Below are positions 37,146 to 47,200 of a DNA stretch of 64,000 nucleotides, one piece after another. The stretch is taken from the NCBI GenBank assembly GCA_005887995.1, contig VBJD01000025.1, forward strand, positions 18,386 to 82,385, in the 5' to 3' direction. The stretch comes from Chloroflexota bacterium. Lineage in GTDB: Bacteria > Chloroflexota > Limnocylindria > P2-11E. The notes beneath the pieces are model-generated. The model did no database searches. It saw only the letters and a program-made list of their open reading frames with translations, and had not been told where the DNA came from. Made by a program: the position numbers and the translations under genes. How positions within the stretch are numbered: position 1 is the stretch's first letter; every line of letters starts with the position of its first letter.

Positions 37146-38291
37146 TCACCGCGCGAGCAGCGCTTCGAGGTGCGTGCGCACCTCGGGCCACTCGCGGTCG
37201 AGGATCGAGTAGTACTTCGCGTCGCGCAGACGCCCGGTGGGCATGAAGCGTTCGTTGCGGATCGTCCCCTCGAGCTTCGCGCCGATACGCTCGATCGCCT
37301 GTTGCGATCGCACGTTGATGGCGTCGGTCTTCAGCCAGACGCGCGCCGCGCCCAACGTGTCAAACGCGTGACGAAGCTGTAGGTATTTCGCCTCGGTGTT
37401 CGCCGCCGTCCGCCGTGCGTCAGGCCCGAGCATCGTCCAGCCGATCTCGACCGACTTGTTGATCCGATCGATGGCGCCGTAGCGCGTCGTGCCGATCGCC
37501 TTGCCATCACTGACGCGGCGCGTGAGCCACGGAAGGTGCTCGCCGAGGATCGCGAGGTTCAGCGCCGATCGGATGTAGCCCTCGGTGTCCGCGACCGTCT
37601 TCGCCGGCGGCGCCGAGAGGTAGCGGAAGATTTCCGGGTCCCTCTGCACCTCGAAGAGCTCCGCCGCGTGCTCCATGTGCAGCGGCTCCAGGCGGACGTG
37701 CCTCCCCTCGAGCGTGACGGGGCGCGGATCGAACGCCGGAGGCTGTCGGCCGGCGATGAACGCCATCGCGACGTCGTCGGCGAAATAGCCGCGATCCGTC
37801 ATGACCGCGTCCTTCTCGATCCCCTCGACCTCGAAACCGCACGCCTTGTACGAGTTGATCGCGCGGTCGTTGAACGCCAGCACGTGCAGCGAGATGCGAT
37901 GCGCGCCCACGTCGTCGACCAGGTGGCGCACGAGGAGGTTCAGGGCCTCGCGACCGAGGCCCTTGCTCCACAGCGCCTTCTCGCCGATGCCGATCCCGAC
38001 CTCGGCGCTCCTCGCTTTCGGCTGCCAGTCGCGATAGTTCGCCTGACCGATCGCGCGCCCGTCGTACTCGATCGCGAAGAGCTTGCCGTCGCGCTCGGCG
38101 AAGCGGTCGATCCACTCGCGCGCGGAAGCGTCGTCCTTCCAGCGCTGCGGATTCCTTCCCCACTGGAACCACGCGAAGTCTGCGTCGTCTCCCCAGCGCT
38201 TGATGATGGGCGCGTCGTCGTGCGTCATCGGCCGGAGCGCGACGCGCTCGCCCCGCAGTGTGGGGCCGCTCGTCGTCTGCGCGTGCGTCAC
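37146..38291 (-). CDS. Tandem GNAT (RimJ/RimL-type) acetyltransferase, two domains
   Basis: Domain 1: LRGERVALRP...AEVGIGIG..WSKGLG..NDRAINSYKACGF. Domain 2: TLEGRHVRLEPL...VEIGWT...NVRSQQAIERIGAKLEG. Confidence 0.9.
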   Translation of the reverse strand: MTHAQTTSGPTLRGERVALRPMTHDDAPIIKRWGDDADFAWFQWGRNPQRWKDDASAREWIDRFAERDGKLFAIEYDGRAIGQANYRDWQPKARSAEVGIGIGEKALWSKGLGREALNLLVRHLVDDVGAHRISLHVLAFNDRAINSYKACGFEVEGIEKDAVMTDRGYFADDVAMAFIAGRQPPAFDPRPVTLEGRHVRLEPLHMEHAAELFEVQRDPEIFRYLSAPPAKTVADTEGYIRSALNLAILGEHLPWLTRRVSDGKAIGTTRYGAIDRINKSVEIGWTMLGPDARRTAANTEAKYLQLRHAFDTLGAARVWLKTDAINVRSQQAIERIGAKLEGTIRNERFMPTGRLRDAKYYSILDREWPEVRTHLEALLAR

Positions 38292-40138
38292 GCCATCGCG
38301 TCCCCTGCGCTCGGCTCGCGGTGCCCAACGAAGTCCGCGGGGAGAGCCTTGCTGTCGCGCTCCTCGCTGACCCGCTCGAGGAACGCGTCGAGCGTCACGC
38401 CGCGCTCCTCGTCGCGCGAACCGCGACGCCGGACAGACACGGTCCCCGCCGCGGCCTCTTTGTCGCCGACGATGAGCATGTAGCTGGACTTCCGTTCCTG
38501 CGCGGCCTTGATGCGCGCGCGCATGTCACCTTGCTGATCGAGCTTCACGCGGAAGCCGCGCGACCCCAGTCGGTCCGCAACGCTCCGCCCGTAGTCGAAC
38601 GCGCTGTCACGGATCGGGATGACCGTGGCCTGCTCCCAATTGAGCCAGAGCGGGAAGTTGCCGGCGTAGTGCTCGATGAGCCCGCCGACGAATCGTTCGA
38701 GCGATCCGAAGAGCACGCGGTGGATCATCACGGCGCGCTCGCGCTGGCCCTGCGCGTTCACGAACGTCACGTCGAAGCGCTCGGGCAGGTTGAGGTCGAT
38801 CTGGATCGTCGGACCCTGCCACTCGCGGCCGATCGCGTCCATGACCTTGATGTCGATCTTCGGGGCGTAGAAGACGCCGCCGCCTTCGTCGATGTCGTAG
38901 GGCACCTCGCGCACGCCGAGCGCGTCCGCGAGCGCCTTCTCCGCCTTGTCCCACAGCTCGTCGGTGCCGAGGCGCTTCACGGGGCGCGTCGAGAGGTAGA
39001 TCTTCGGATCGGAGTAGCCGAACACGCGCAGGAACTCCATCGCGAGGTCGAAGACACCGCCGATCTCTGCCTGCGCCTGGTCCCACGAGCAGAAGATGTG
39101 CGAGTCGTCCTGCGTGAAGCCGCGAACGCGCAGCATGCCGTGCAGCGTGCCGCCGCGTTCGTAGCGGTACACCGTGCCGAGCTCGCCGATGCGCATCGGG
39201 AGCTCGCGGTACGAGTGCACCTTCGACTGGAAGACCTTGATGTGGCCGGGGCAGTTCATCGGCTTGATCCAGAAGTTCTGCGTGCCCTCGTCCAGCGCGA
39301 GCGGGCCGTACATGTTCTCGCCGTACTTCTCGAGGTGGCCCGAGCGCTGGTAGATCTTTTCGTGCGCGATATGCGGCGTGTAGACGAGCGTGTAGCCGCG
39401 CTCGTGGTGCACCTTCCGCCACCAGGTCTCCAGCTCCTCGCGGACGATCGAGAGGTTCGGTAGCCAGAGAACGAGACCCGATCCGAGCTCGTCGTCGATG
39501 CGGAAGAGCTCGAGGTCTTTCCCGAGCGCGCGGTGGTCGCGACGCTCGATCTCCTTGAGCTTCTCGAGATACGCGTCGAGCTCGGCCTGGCTCGGCCAGA
39601 CCGTGCCGTAGATGCGCTGCAGCTGCGGGTTGCGCTCGTTGCCGCGCCAGTACGCGCCGGCGATGGAGAGCAGCTTGAACGCCTTGATGTCGCCGGTGCG
39701 GGCGACGTGCGGACCGCGGCAGAGGTCGACGAAGCCGTTGTGCTGGTAGAGGGAGACCTTGCCGCCTTCGACCCTGTCGTCGCTGTCTTTGCTCGTGCCA
39801 TCGGCGGCGAGCTTCTCGATCTGGTCGACCTTGTACGTCTGGTTCCTCGCGCGGAAAAAGTCGAGCGCCTCCTTCACGGACATGTCGCGATGCTCGAAGG
39901 CGTGGTTGGCTTTCACGACCTCGCGCATCTTCGCCTCGATCTTCCCCAGGTCCTCTGGCTGAAGCGGACGCGGGAGATCGAAGTCGTAGTAGAAGCCGTC
40001 GGCGACCGGCGGGCCGAATCCGAACTTGGCATCGGGCATGAGCTCGAGCACCGCGCCGGCCATGACGTGCGCGGTCGAGTGCCGCAGCGCGTAGAGCTTC
40101 TCGTCGCCGTGGCTTGGTTTGCGTTCCGTCTTCGCCAT
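38288..40138 (-). CDS. thrS: Threonine--tRNA ligase (no N-terminal TGS domain)
   Basis: LRHSTAH, DLCRGPH, RDHR, KPMNCPGH, RVRGFTQDDSH and IHRVLFGSLERF motifs; ATG 40138 with SD AAGGAG. Confidence 0.98.
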   Translation of the reverse strand: MAKTERKPSHGDEKLYALRHSTAHVMAGAVLELMPDAKFGFGPPVADGFYYDFDLPRPLQPEDLGKIEAKMREVVKANHAFEHRDMSVKEALDFFRARNQTYKVDQIEKLAADGTSKDSDDRVEGGKVSLYQHNGFVDLCRGPHVARTGDIKAFKLLSIAGAYWRGNERNPQLQRIYGTVWPSQAELDAYLEKLKEIERRDHRALGKDLELFRIDDELGSGLVLWLPNLSIVREELETWWRKVHHERGYTLVYTPHIAHEKIYQRSGHLEKYGENMYGPLALDEGTQNFWIKPMNCPGHIKVFQSKVHSYRELPMRIGELGTVYRYERGGTLHGMLRVRGFTQDDSHIFCSWDQAQAEIGGVFDLAMEFLRVFGYSDPKIYLSTRPVKRLGTDELWDKAEKALADALGVREVPYDIDEGGGVFYAPKIDIKVMDAIGREWQGPTIQIDLNLPERFDVTFVNAQGQRERAVMIHRVLFGSLERFVGGLIEHYAGNFPLWLNWEQATVIPIRDSAFDYGRSVADRLGSRGFRVKLDQQGDMRARIKAAQERKSSYMLIVGDKEAAAGTVSVRRRGSRDEERGVTLDAFLERVSEERDSKALPADFVGHREPSAGDAMA

Positions 40139-40157
40139 AGCCGCCGTCTCCTTCGGA

Positions 40158-40400
40158 CAAAAGAAAAGGCGCCTTCGTCCTTTCGTTCGGGACGAGGCGC
40201 TTACCCCGCGGTTCCACCCGAGTTCCCCATCCACGCTCGCTTCGCTCGCTGAAGACACTGCGCGTGAGGCTCTCGCGCTCGGCTATATGGGGCCTGCCCT
40301 CATCGCTCGGCGGTGGTCTCTCCCACTCGGACCGGCCGGCTCACACCACGCCCGGCTCGCTTTCGGTCACATCTAGATAGGAGCGCTTCCGCGTCGTCGC
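40158..40400 (-). ncRNA. T-box riboswitch (Thr, specifier ACC)
   Basis: Stem I ending GGGAGAG-ACC-ACCGC; T-box AACTCGGGTGGAACCGCG; terminator GCGCC...GGCGC-CTTTTCTTTT; -10 TATCCT at 40410-40415. Confidence 0.9.
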
Positions 40401-40455
40401 GCGACTAAAAGGATAGCGCTGTGCCGTGGGCATCTTCACGAGCGGACGGCGGCGC

Positions 40456-41478
40456 TCACACGCGAAGACGCCCTGCCGCAGCGAGGACCGCGAGCGCATC
40501 GACCGTGACCCAATCGTTTCGCTGCTTCGGGCTCGTCGGTCCCCAGTCGACGTGATCCGCGTAGCTCTTGAGCGCCTTCGCGGTCCCGCGGTGGTAACGC
40601 TTCTCCGCGGGCCATCCACCGTCGCTCAATCGTTTCGCCTCGACGAGATCGAGCGCGTCGGCGCACCGCCGGTCGCGGATCTTGCCGATCTTCATCGTCG
40701 CCTTCAGGCCGCCGAGGACGTCGTAGTGGTAGTAGAGCGGGTAATGCAGCTGCATGAACTCTGGCCGGATGACGCGTCCGTCCGAGACGCGCCACGCAAG
40801 CCGGCGTCGCAGGAATACCTCTGCGGCGCGATCGACGGCCTTCGCCGCGGTCGCGTTCCGACGTTCGCGCGCGTACGCGGCGAGTCCGAGCATCGGCAGA
40901 AGCGTCTCCATGAAGGACGACGTATCGGCCTTTGGCTTGCGGTCGCAGTTCCAGCCGCCATCGGGCCATTGCCAGTGAATGAGTCGCTCGACCAGCGCGT
41001 CGGCGCGGCCGTCGTCGATGCCGAGCGCGATCACAGAGAGGAGGGCGTTGCCCTGCTGCGAGGCGCAGCGGCGATACCGCCCCTGCACGATCGGCACACC
41101 GCGCTGTCGGTACGCGGCGGCCTCGGTCTTCGCTTCGAACTCATGGAAGTAGGCAGGCGACAACCAGAAGTCGAGTACTCGGTCGCGGATGCTACGAAGC
41201 GCATCGTCGCCGGGGGGATAGCCGAGGTCCGCGAGGCTCGCGAGTACCCAATGCAGCCCTTGCCATTTGTAATAGACGGCCCGCGCCGTGCCGGGACGAC
41301 CGAGTTGCGTCCTACGCGAGAGCAGCGCGCGAATGCGCGGCGACGTGCGGATCTCCTCGCCCAATGCCGTCAGCCTCGGTGACCGCGCATTCTCGCCGAG
41401 CACTTCGACGCGGGCCTTCCAGCGAATGGACGGCTCGGGTGAGCGTAGGATCGCGTCGACGACGGCTGCCGTCCTCAC
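40456..41478 (-). CDS. Hypothetical protein with prenyltransferase/squalene-cyclase-like QW repeats
   Basis: YYKWQGLHW, QWPDGGWNC, LHYPLYYHYDVL, RLSDGGW and NDWVTVDAL motifs. Confidence 0.7.
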   Translation of the reverse strand: MRTAAVVDAILRSPEPSIRWKARVEVLGENARSPRLTALGEEIRTSPRIRALLSRRTQLGRPGTARAVYYKWQGLHWVLASLADLGYPPGDDALRSIRDRVLDFWLSPAYFHEFEAKTEAAAYRQRGVPIVQGRYRRCASQQGNALLSVIALGIDDGRADALVERLIHWQWPDGGWNCDRKPKADTSSFMETLLPMLGLAAYARERRNATAAKAVDRAAEVFLRRRLAWRVSDGRVIRPEFMQLHYPLYYHYDVLGGLKATMKIGKIRDRRCADALDLVEAKRLSDGGWPAEKRYHRGTAKALKSYADHVDWGPTSPKQRNDWVTVDALAVLAAAGRLRV

Positions 41479-41578
41479 CTCTTCATTAAATAGAGGGAGG
41501 CGCGGTCCCGCTATACGTGGCGAAGTCGAGCACGATGTATGTGTTCGGCGGGACCTGCCGCAGCGGCGTCGAACCTTC

Positions 41579-43108
41579 TCAGAACGGTGCGGCGAGAGTG
41601 TCGTAGAGCCGGACCCGTACCTGACCCACCGATCCCTCGATCGAGAAGTCGGCGAGCACCGGGTAGCGGCTATCCAGCCACTCCCGCGCGGCGACCGCCC
41701 GGGCCTTCACGTCGGCGCGGTCGCCGCCGACAAGTGATTCGACGAAAAAGATCCGAGGGTGGATCTGCGTGTACGCGCGCACCGACGCGAGATCGAGAGG
41801 TGTCGCGTCGCCGTCGACCCAGGACCACTGCAGCGCCGACGCCTCGAGAAGTGCGGCGGGAAGGCGGTCGAGGCGTGTGTAGTAGCTGAACGCGAGCGCG
41901 CACGACCAGGCATTACAGACCAGGCCGTCGCGCGCCTCGTAATGCTCGGCGATCCACGCCGCCGCGCTGCGGAAGTCCTGGCTGGGCCCGAAGGTGTCCT
42001 GCGGGATCGCGAACGCCGCCGCGACGACGAGGCAGATCGCGAGCGCGACGCGTGCGAGCGGCCTGCGCACCGCCACCACGCCGACCCCCGCGAGAAGGCA
42101 GAGCGCGGGCACCACGACCACGAGATAGCCCCAGGCAAAGAGGTGCAGGTTGAACCCCGGCTGCGACGCCACGTATGCGAGCGCGAACGGGACGGCGAGC
42201 CAGGCGCACAGCGCGACCGCTGCGCCCACTGGAAGCGCGCGCCGCCACGGCCGCGTGCGCGCGCGCAGCGTGAGCAGCACGCCCGTGGTCGCGGCTGCCG
42301 CGAGCAGCAGACCGTAAACGATGCTGTGGCCGGCGAAGTTCCACAGCGCGCGTCCCATCTCGTACGGGCTCGACGCTTGGACGTGAAGGTTCGGCGATCC
42401 ATGGGTCACGGCATAGAAGCCGAGCGGCAGGATCGCGACGGAGATCGCCGCGATGCAGATCACCATGGCGCGCAGCGATCGTTTGGCGCGAGCGCGCCAG
42501 TCGTTCGGCAGAACGAGCAGGGCGCCGAACGCTACGACCTGCGCGGCCAGGACCAACCCACTGAAGAGGTGGGCGTACACCGCGGCCGTCATGATCAATG
42601 CGTACGCGACCCACCAGAGCGTGCGGTGACGCGCCGCGCTCATCGCGACGAGAAGCACGAACCAGCCAAGCGACACGAGGAACACCTCAAGTGTGTATGC
42701 GCGCGTATACCGCGCATTCACCAGCATGACGTGATTCAGCACCAGGAGCGCCGCAGCGACGACACCGACCGTCGCGCCCCAGAAGCGACGGCCGGTCCAG
42801 AAGACGACCACGACGGCGAGACCGGCGAACGCGACAGAGGGTAGGCGGACGACGAGCTCGTCGGGAGGGATGCCGATGGCAGCGGTGACATCGAGCCAGA
42901 CCTTCAGCAGCGCGTGGTACAGGACCATGTTCACTTCCTTCGTCCAGGCGTAGCGCCAGAACTCGGACCACGTACCGCTGACGAGACCGATGGAGAACCC
43001 CTCGTCTCCCCAGATGCTCAGCTGCGGGACCCTGAACAGGTCGATCGCCACCGCGACCGCGAAGAGCGCGAATGCGGTGGCGCGGCCGGCGGCGGCCCAC
43101 GTCCGCAT
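41579..43108 (-). CDS. GT39/PMT-like membrane glycosyltransferase
   Basis: SIWGDEGFS, LYHALLKVW, VRLPS, RAYTL and YAHLF motifs with many TM helices. Start at ATG 43108; the ORF track is over-extended. Confidence 0.85.
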   Translation of the reverse strand: MRTWAAAGRATAFALFAVAVAIDLFRVPQLSIWGDEGFSIGLVSGTWSEFWRYAWTKEVNMVLYHALLKVWLDVTAAIGIPPDELVVRLPSVAFAGLAVVVVFWTGRRFWGATVGVVAAALLVLNHVMLVNARYTRAYTLEVFLVSLGWFVLLVAMSAARHRTLWWVAYALIMTAAVYAHLFSGLVLAAQVVAFGALLVLPNDWRARAKRSLRAMVICIAAISVAILPLGFYAVTHGSPNLHVQASSPYEMGRALWNFAGHSIVYGLLLAAAATTGVLLTLRARTRPWRRALPVGAAVALCAWLAVPFALAYVASQPGFNLHLFAWGYLVVVVPALCLLAGVGVVAVRRPLARVALAICLVVAAAFAIPQDTFGPSQDFRSAAAWIAEHYEARDGLVCNAWSCALAFSYYTRLDRLPAALLEASALQWSWVDGDATPLDLASVRAYTQIHPRIFFVESLVGGDRADVKARAVAAREWLDSRYPVLADFSIEGSVGQVRVRLYDTLAAPF

Positions 43109-43168
43109 CTGCGGCGCGGCACGCGATATGACCTCAGCCGCATCGACAAGCGTGCGGCTCTTTAATAG

Positions 43169-43194
43169 GAGGCGGGGCCTGCCGGCCCCGCCTC
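43169..43194 (-). terminator. Hairpin downstream of the secreted protein gene
   Basis: GAGGCGGGGCC-N4-GGCCCCGCCTC followed on the minus strand by CTATTAAA. Confidence 0.55.
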
Positions 43195-43218
43195 GGATGC
43201 GCGTGGGAACGCCGGCGC

Positions 43219-43929
43219 TCACGGACGGACGCTGACGTCTCCGGTCCTGACGTCGTACATGTCCGTCGGCGACGGATCGCCGGCCGCTGGGCAGGAGCCC
43301 TGATGCTCGACGACCCGCCAACGATCCTTGATTACCGTGCCGCCGTTGGGGCCGTTGTCCTCGAATGCCCAACCGATCGTCTTGCCGGCCTGCGGTGCGA
43401 AGAAGCCAGAGGTGGACGTGACGACTGAGTTCGCCCACGCCTGGGCAGTGCCGATCGCGACCGGCACGATCCCAAGGCAAGTCGGCTTCGAGTACAGCTT
43501 TCCGGCGGCGACGCACTGGCCCGCGCCGACGCTCAGGTTCGCTGAGCCGCGGAGGGTGCCGCTCTTGGTGTAGATCTTCACAGAGAACGAACCGATAAAC
43601 GACGTCGAGAAATCGGGCGGACATCCGGCGTCCACGGTGCCCGCGCCGATGACGTAACCGCCACTCGCCGCGTTCGCAGTGCTTCCCCGCACGACCAGCG
43701 TCGGCGCGGAGAGCTGCACGAGTGAGCACGTGAGATCGGTGTCGCTCGCGTTGATCGCCGCGACCGAGCTCGTGAGCGCGGTGAGCGTGTCGGCGTCGAC
43801 GCTCAGATCGATGCTGTCCCCGTCGCTGCAATCGATGCGGACCGGCGTCTCGAGTCCTGCGGAGACAGGTAGCGACATCCCCAGGAGCAGACCGAACGCG
43901 ACGACGAACGCGCTGAGCGCTCTCTTCAT
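43219..43929 (-). CDS. Secreted hypothetical protein with six Cys
   Basis: Signal peptide MKRALSAFVVAFGLLLGMSLPVSA; beta-rich mature region. Confidence 0.75.
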   Translation of the reverse strand: MKRALSAFVVAFGLLLGMSLPVSAGLETPVRIDCSDGDSIDLSVDADTLTALTSSVAAINASDTDLTCSLVQLSAPTLVVRGSTANAASGGYVIGAGTVDAGCPPDFSTSFIGSFSVKIYTKSGTLRGSANLSVGAGQCVAAGKLYSKPTCLGIVPVAIGTAQAWANSVVTSTSGFFAPQAGKTIGWAFEDNGPNGGTVIKDRWRVVEHQGSCPAAGDPSPTDMYDVRTGDVSVRP

Positions 43930-44287
43930 GGCACGACCACCCCCGAACTTCAGTGGGAGCGATGCTCATCCCCGTCGATTGATGCGCCGTTGAACGTGGA
44001 TTGAGTGCCGCGGCGGTCATGCGCAAGTGCGTACAAGCGTCGCGCGAAGACGCAATTCGGGTCGCCAGGTCGTCGCAATGTCGCACTGGGATGGGCTCCC
44101 GAGCGCGGGGCAAGAGCAGCCGCACAGCCGTCAAAAAGGCCAGAATCAGGCCATTTCTGAGGACGTCCTAGGTCGGAAGCCGGCCGGTCGTACTAGGCAC
44201 GCCCGCGACGAGTGTCTCCCTTTCCGCGTCGGTCAGGCGCTCCTATTCCAGTCTCTTGCCCACTAAACGAGGGAGGAAGCCAGAGGA

Positions 44288-47200
44288 GTGAAGCGGGCGG
44301 GAGCGCTGTTCGTGCTCACGGCGACGATCGTGTTCGTCGCGGGCGGTTTGGTCGCAGCGGCACCGGTGCCGCCTGGAGTCAGCGCGCTCGGCCTGCACGC
44401 CGTATTCGTCGATCAGTCGCCCTCACCGACGCTTCTTCCCGGCACGATCACGAAGCACACGGTCCACTTCCGGAATGTGGGCATCGCCCCCTGGCAGCGT
44501 GGCGGGCGCACGCAGGTCAATCTCGGCATCAGCGGCGACGTCACCGCGTTCGCCGCACAGGGGATCGGATCCGGATGGCTCTCGCCCAACCGGCTCGCGA
44601 CGACATCCGAGGATATGGTTCTTCCCGGCATGATCGGCACGTTCACCTTCCCGCTGCGGGCGCCGATGGATCCGGGCGCGTACCGACTTCCGATCCGGCC
44701 CGTGGTCGACGGGATCACATGGCTCGAGGATGGCGCGCCGCCGGTCGTCCTGACGAGCGACCTCGGCTTCCACAGCAGCGTGGTCGAGGTCTCACGCCAT
44801 TCCGTGCTGCATCCCGGCGACGTCAGCACGCTCACCGTCAAGATCCGCAATACGGGGGCACGCACCTGGACGAAGGGTCAGCTCGGACAGCAGGTGAACC
44901 TCGGCGTCGTCGGCGACGACAAATTCCTCGGCGCTCTCGGCGTCGGCTGGCCTACACCCGACCGTGTCGCGATCCAGTCCGAGCCGACCGTGATCCCCGG
45001 CGGCCTTGCGACGTTCATCTTCCGCGTTCGCGGACCCAGTCTTCCCGGTGTGTATCCGTTGCGGTTGCGCCCCGTCGTCGACGGCGTGACCTGGCTGGAG
45101 GACGACGACGTCGTCAGCCTCATCACCGTGGCCGCACCAGGTGCGCCGACGACGCCCGCACCCGCCGCTGAGCCGGCTGGCACGACGCTCACCACGATGA
45201 ATGCGGCTGTGCCGGCCGTTAGTGGGCCGAGCTTCCAGCTCGCGGCCACGGTCGACCCGACCTCGGTGGTCACGGGAGGCACGGCCAAGATCACCGCGCG
45301 CTTCGCGACCTCGGACAGCAGCAGCGGCAATGTGCTGGGCGTGTTGGTACACGCACCGGCGACGGACGCGCTCGCATATCAGAAGTGGTTCCACAACGAG
45401 AACTTCGCCGCGGGAGACTCGCGCGGGTACTCCGTCTTGTGGCAGGTACCTGCTGGCAGCAACACGGGCACGTACACGGTCGAGCTCGCGGTGTACTCGT
45501 CGGGATGGAAGACGCTTTATGCGGCCGACGCTTCGGCGGCCTCGTTCGGTGTGAGCGCGCCGTCTCCCGGGCCCGGTGCGACGCCGACGCCGACCGTCCA
45601 GCCGCCCTCGCCGACTCCGAGCGCGTCGGCGACGGCTGCGCCGAGCGGGACCCCGGGCTCCAGCGCGACGGCATCGCCAACTGCGGTGCCCGCGACGACG
45701 CCGCCCGCGACGACCCCACCGGCCACGAGTTCTCCGTCACCAAGTCCGACGGCCGCGCCGAGCTTCGTGCTCGGGTCATCCGCGACCCCAGCGAGCGTCT
45801 CCCCCGGCGGCAGCGTGACGATCACGTCCACGGCGACGAGCGCGACGGCGGCCACCGCGATCGTCGACGTGCAGATCTACGCGCCGAATGCGACGACGAG
45901 CTCGTACCAGGTCTACTACCAAGACCAGACGTTCAGCGCCGGACAGCAGCTGTCCTTCCCGACAAGCTGGGCCGTGCCGCCGAGCGCGGCGACCGGAACG
46001 TACCGGGTCGTCGTGCGCGCGTACTCCAGCGGATGGGCCACGCTCTATTCGGTCAGTGATCCCGCCGCGACGTTCGCGGTGTCCGTCGCGCCCACGCCGA
46101 CACCCACGCCGACCCCGGTGCCGACCGCGACGCCCACCGTGGCGCCCACCGCGACTCCTTCTCTCGCGACGGTCGCGTATCGGGGTGGCAGCACGAACTC
46201 GGCGCCGAGCGGGCTGTCGCTGACGCTCACTGTGCCCGCGGGCGTGCAGAACGGTGATCTGCTCGTTGCGACGGTCGCCGACTGGCCGGGCGTGCTCACC
46301 GGCCCAAGCGGCTGGACGCGCGCGCTGCTGCCATCTGCCAACCAGGGCTTGTGGTACCGCGTCGCCTCGAACGAACCAGCCAGCTACACCTGGACCGGCT
46401 CGCTCAACGGGACCTGGTCCGCCGTCATGGACGTCTTCTCCGGCGTGAGCACCTCCACGCCGCTCGATGTGACGCCGCTCGTGAGCAGTGGCGCCGTCGC
46501 GTCGGTCGCGTGGCCGGTCATGGCAAGTGCGACCGATCAGGCGTGGCACCTCGTCGTGAGCAGCGAGAACAACAACACCGACACGATCAGCGTGCCCGCG
46601 GGCTATACCGCGCGCAGCGCGACTGCGGGGAGCTCGTTCATCCGCAGCTCGACGCGGCTCATCACACCGGCCGGCTTGGTCGCGGCGAGCGCGACCGAGA
46701 CTTCGACGTCGCCGAACTGGCACGCGTTCAGCGTGATCCTGCGCCCGGGCGTGGCCGGCGCGCCGCTTCCCACACCCGCCCCGACGACGGCCCCGACGTC
46801 AACGCCCGCACCCACCGCGACTCCCGCGCCGAGCTTCACCTCGAGCGGAACGCTCTCGCCCGCGTCACTGCCGGCCGGCGGTACGACGCAGATCACGGAT
46901 GCGGTCACGAGCGCGACGACCACAAGCGCACTCGTCGACATCGAGATATGGGATCCGACGGCCGCGACGAAGGTCTTCCAGGTCTGGTACGACAACCAGA
47001 CGTTCGCCGCCGCGCAGACGCGCAACTACGCGACGAGCTGGACTGCGCCCGCGGGATCCACGGCCGGCACGTACGATGTGCGCCTTTGCGTCTACACAGC
47101 CGGGTGGACGCAGAAGTACGGGTGCAACAGCGTGGGTCTCGCCGTGACCGCGTCGGCCGCGACGCCGACTCCGGCCCCGACGCCGACTCCGGCCCCGGTG

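Noticed and set aside
41486..41578. tRNA-like GGTTCGA motif and a 30-codon in-frame continuation after the GT39 TGA (readthrough, selenocysteine or att site)
   Set aside because: No cloverleaf, SECIS-like context or integrase; open stretches of this length are expected at this GC content.
43109..44134. 851-aa extended version of the GT39 ORF, and similar over-extended starts for wzx, tyrS, yebC, thrS and pheS
   Set aside because: The extensions overlap other genes or T-boxes and look non-coding; better downstream starts exist.
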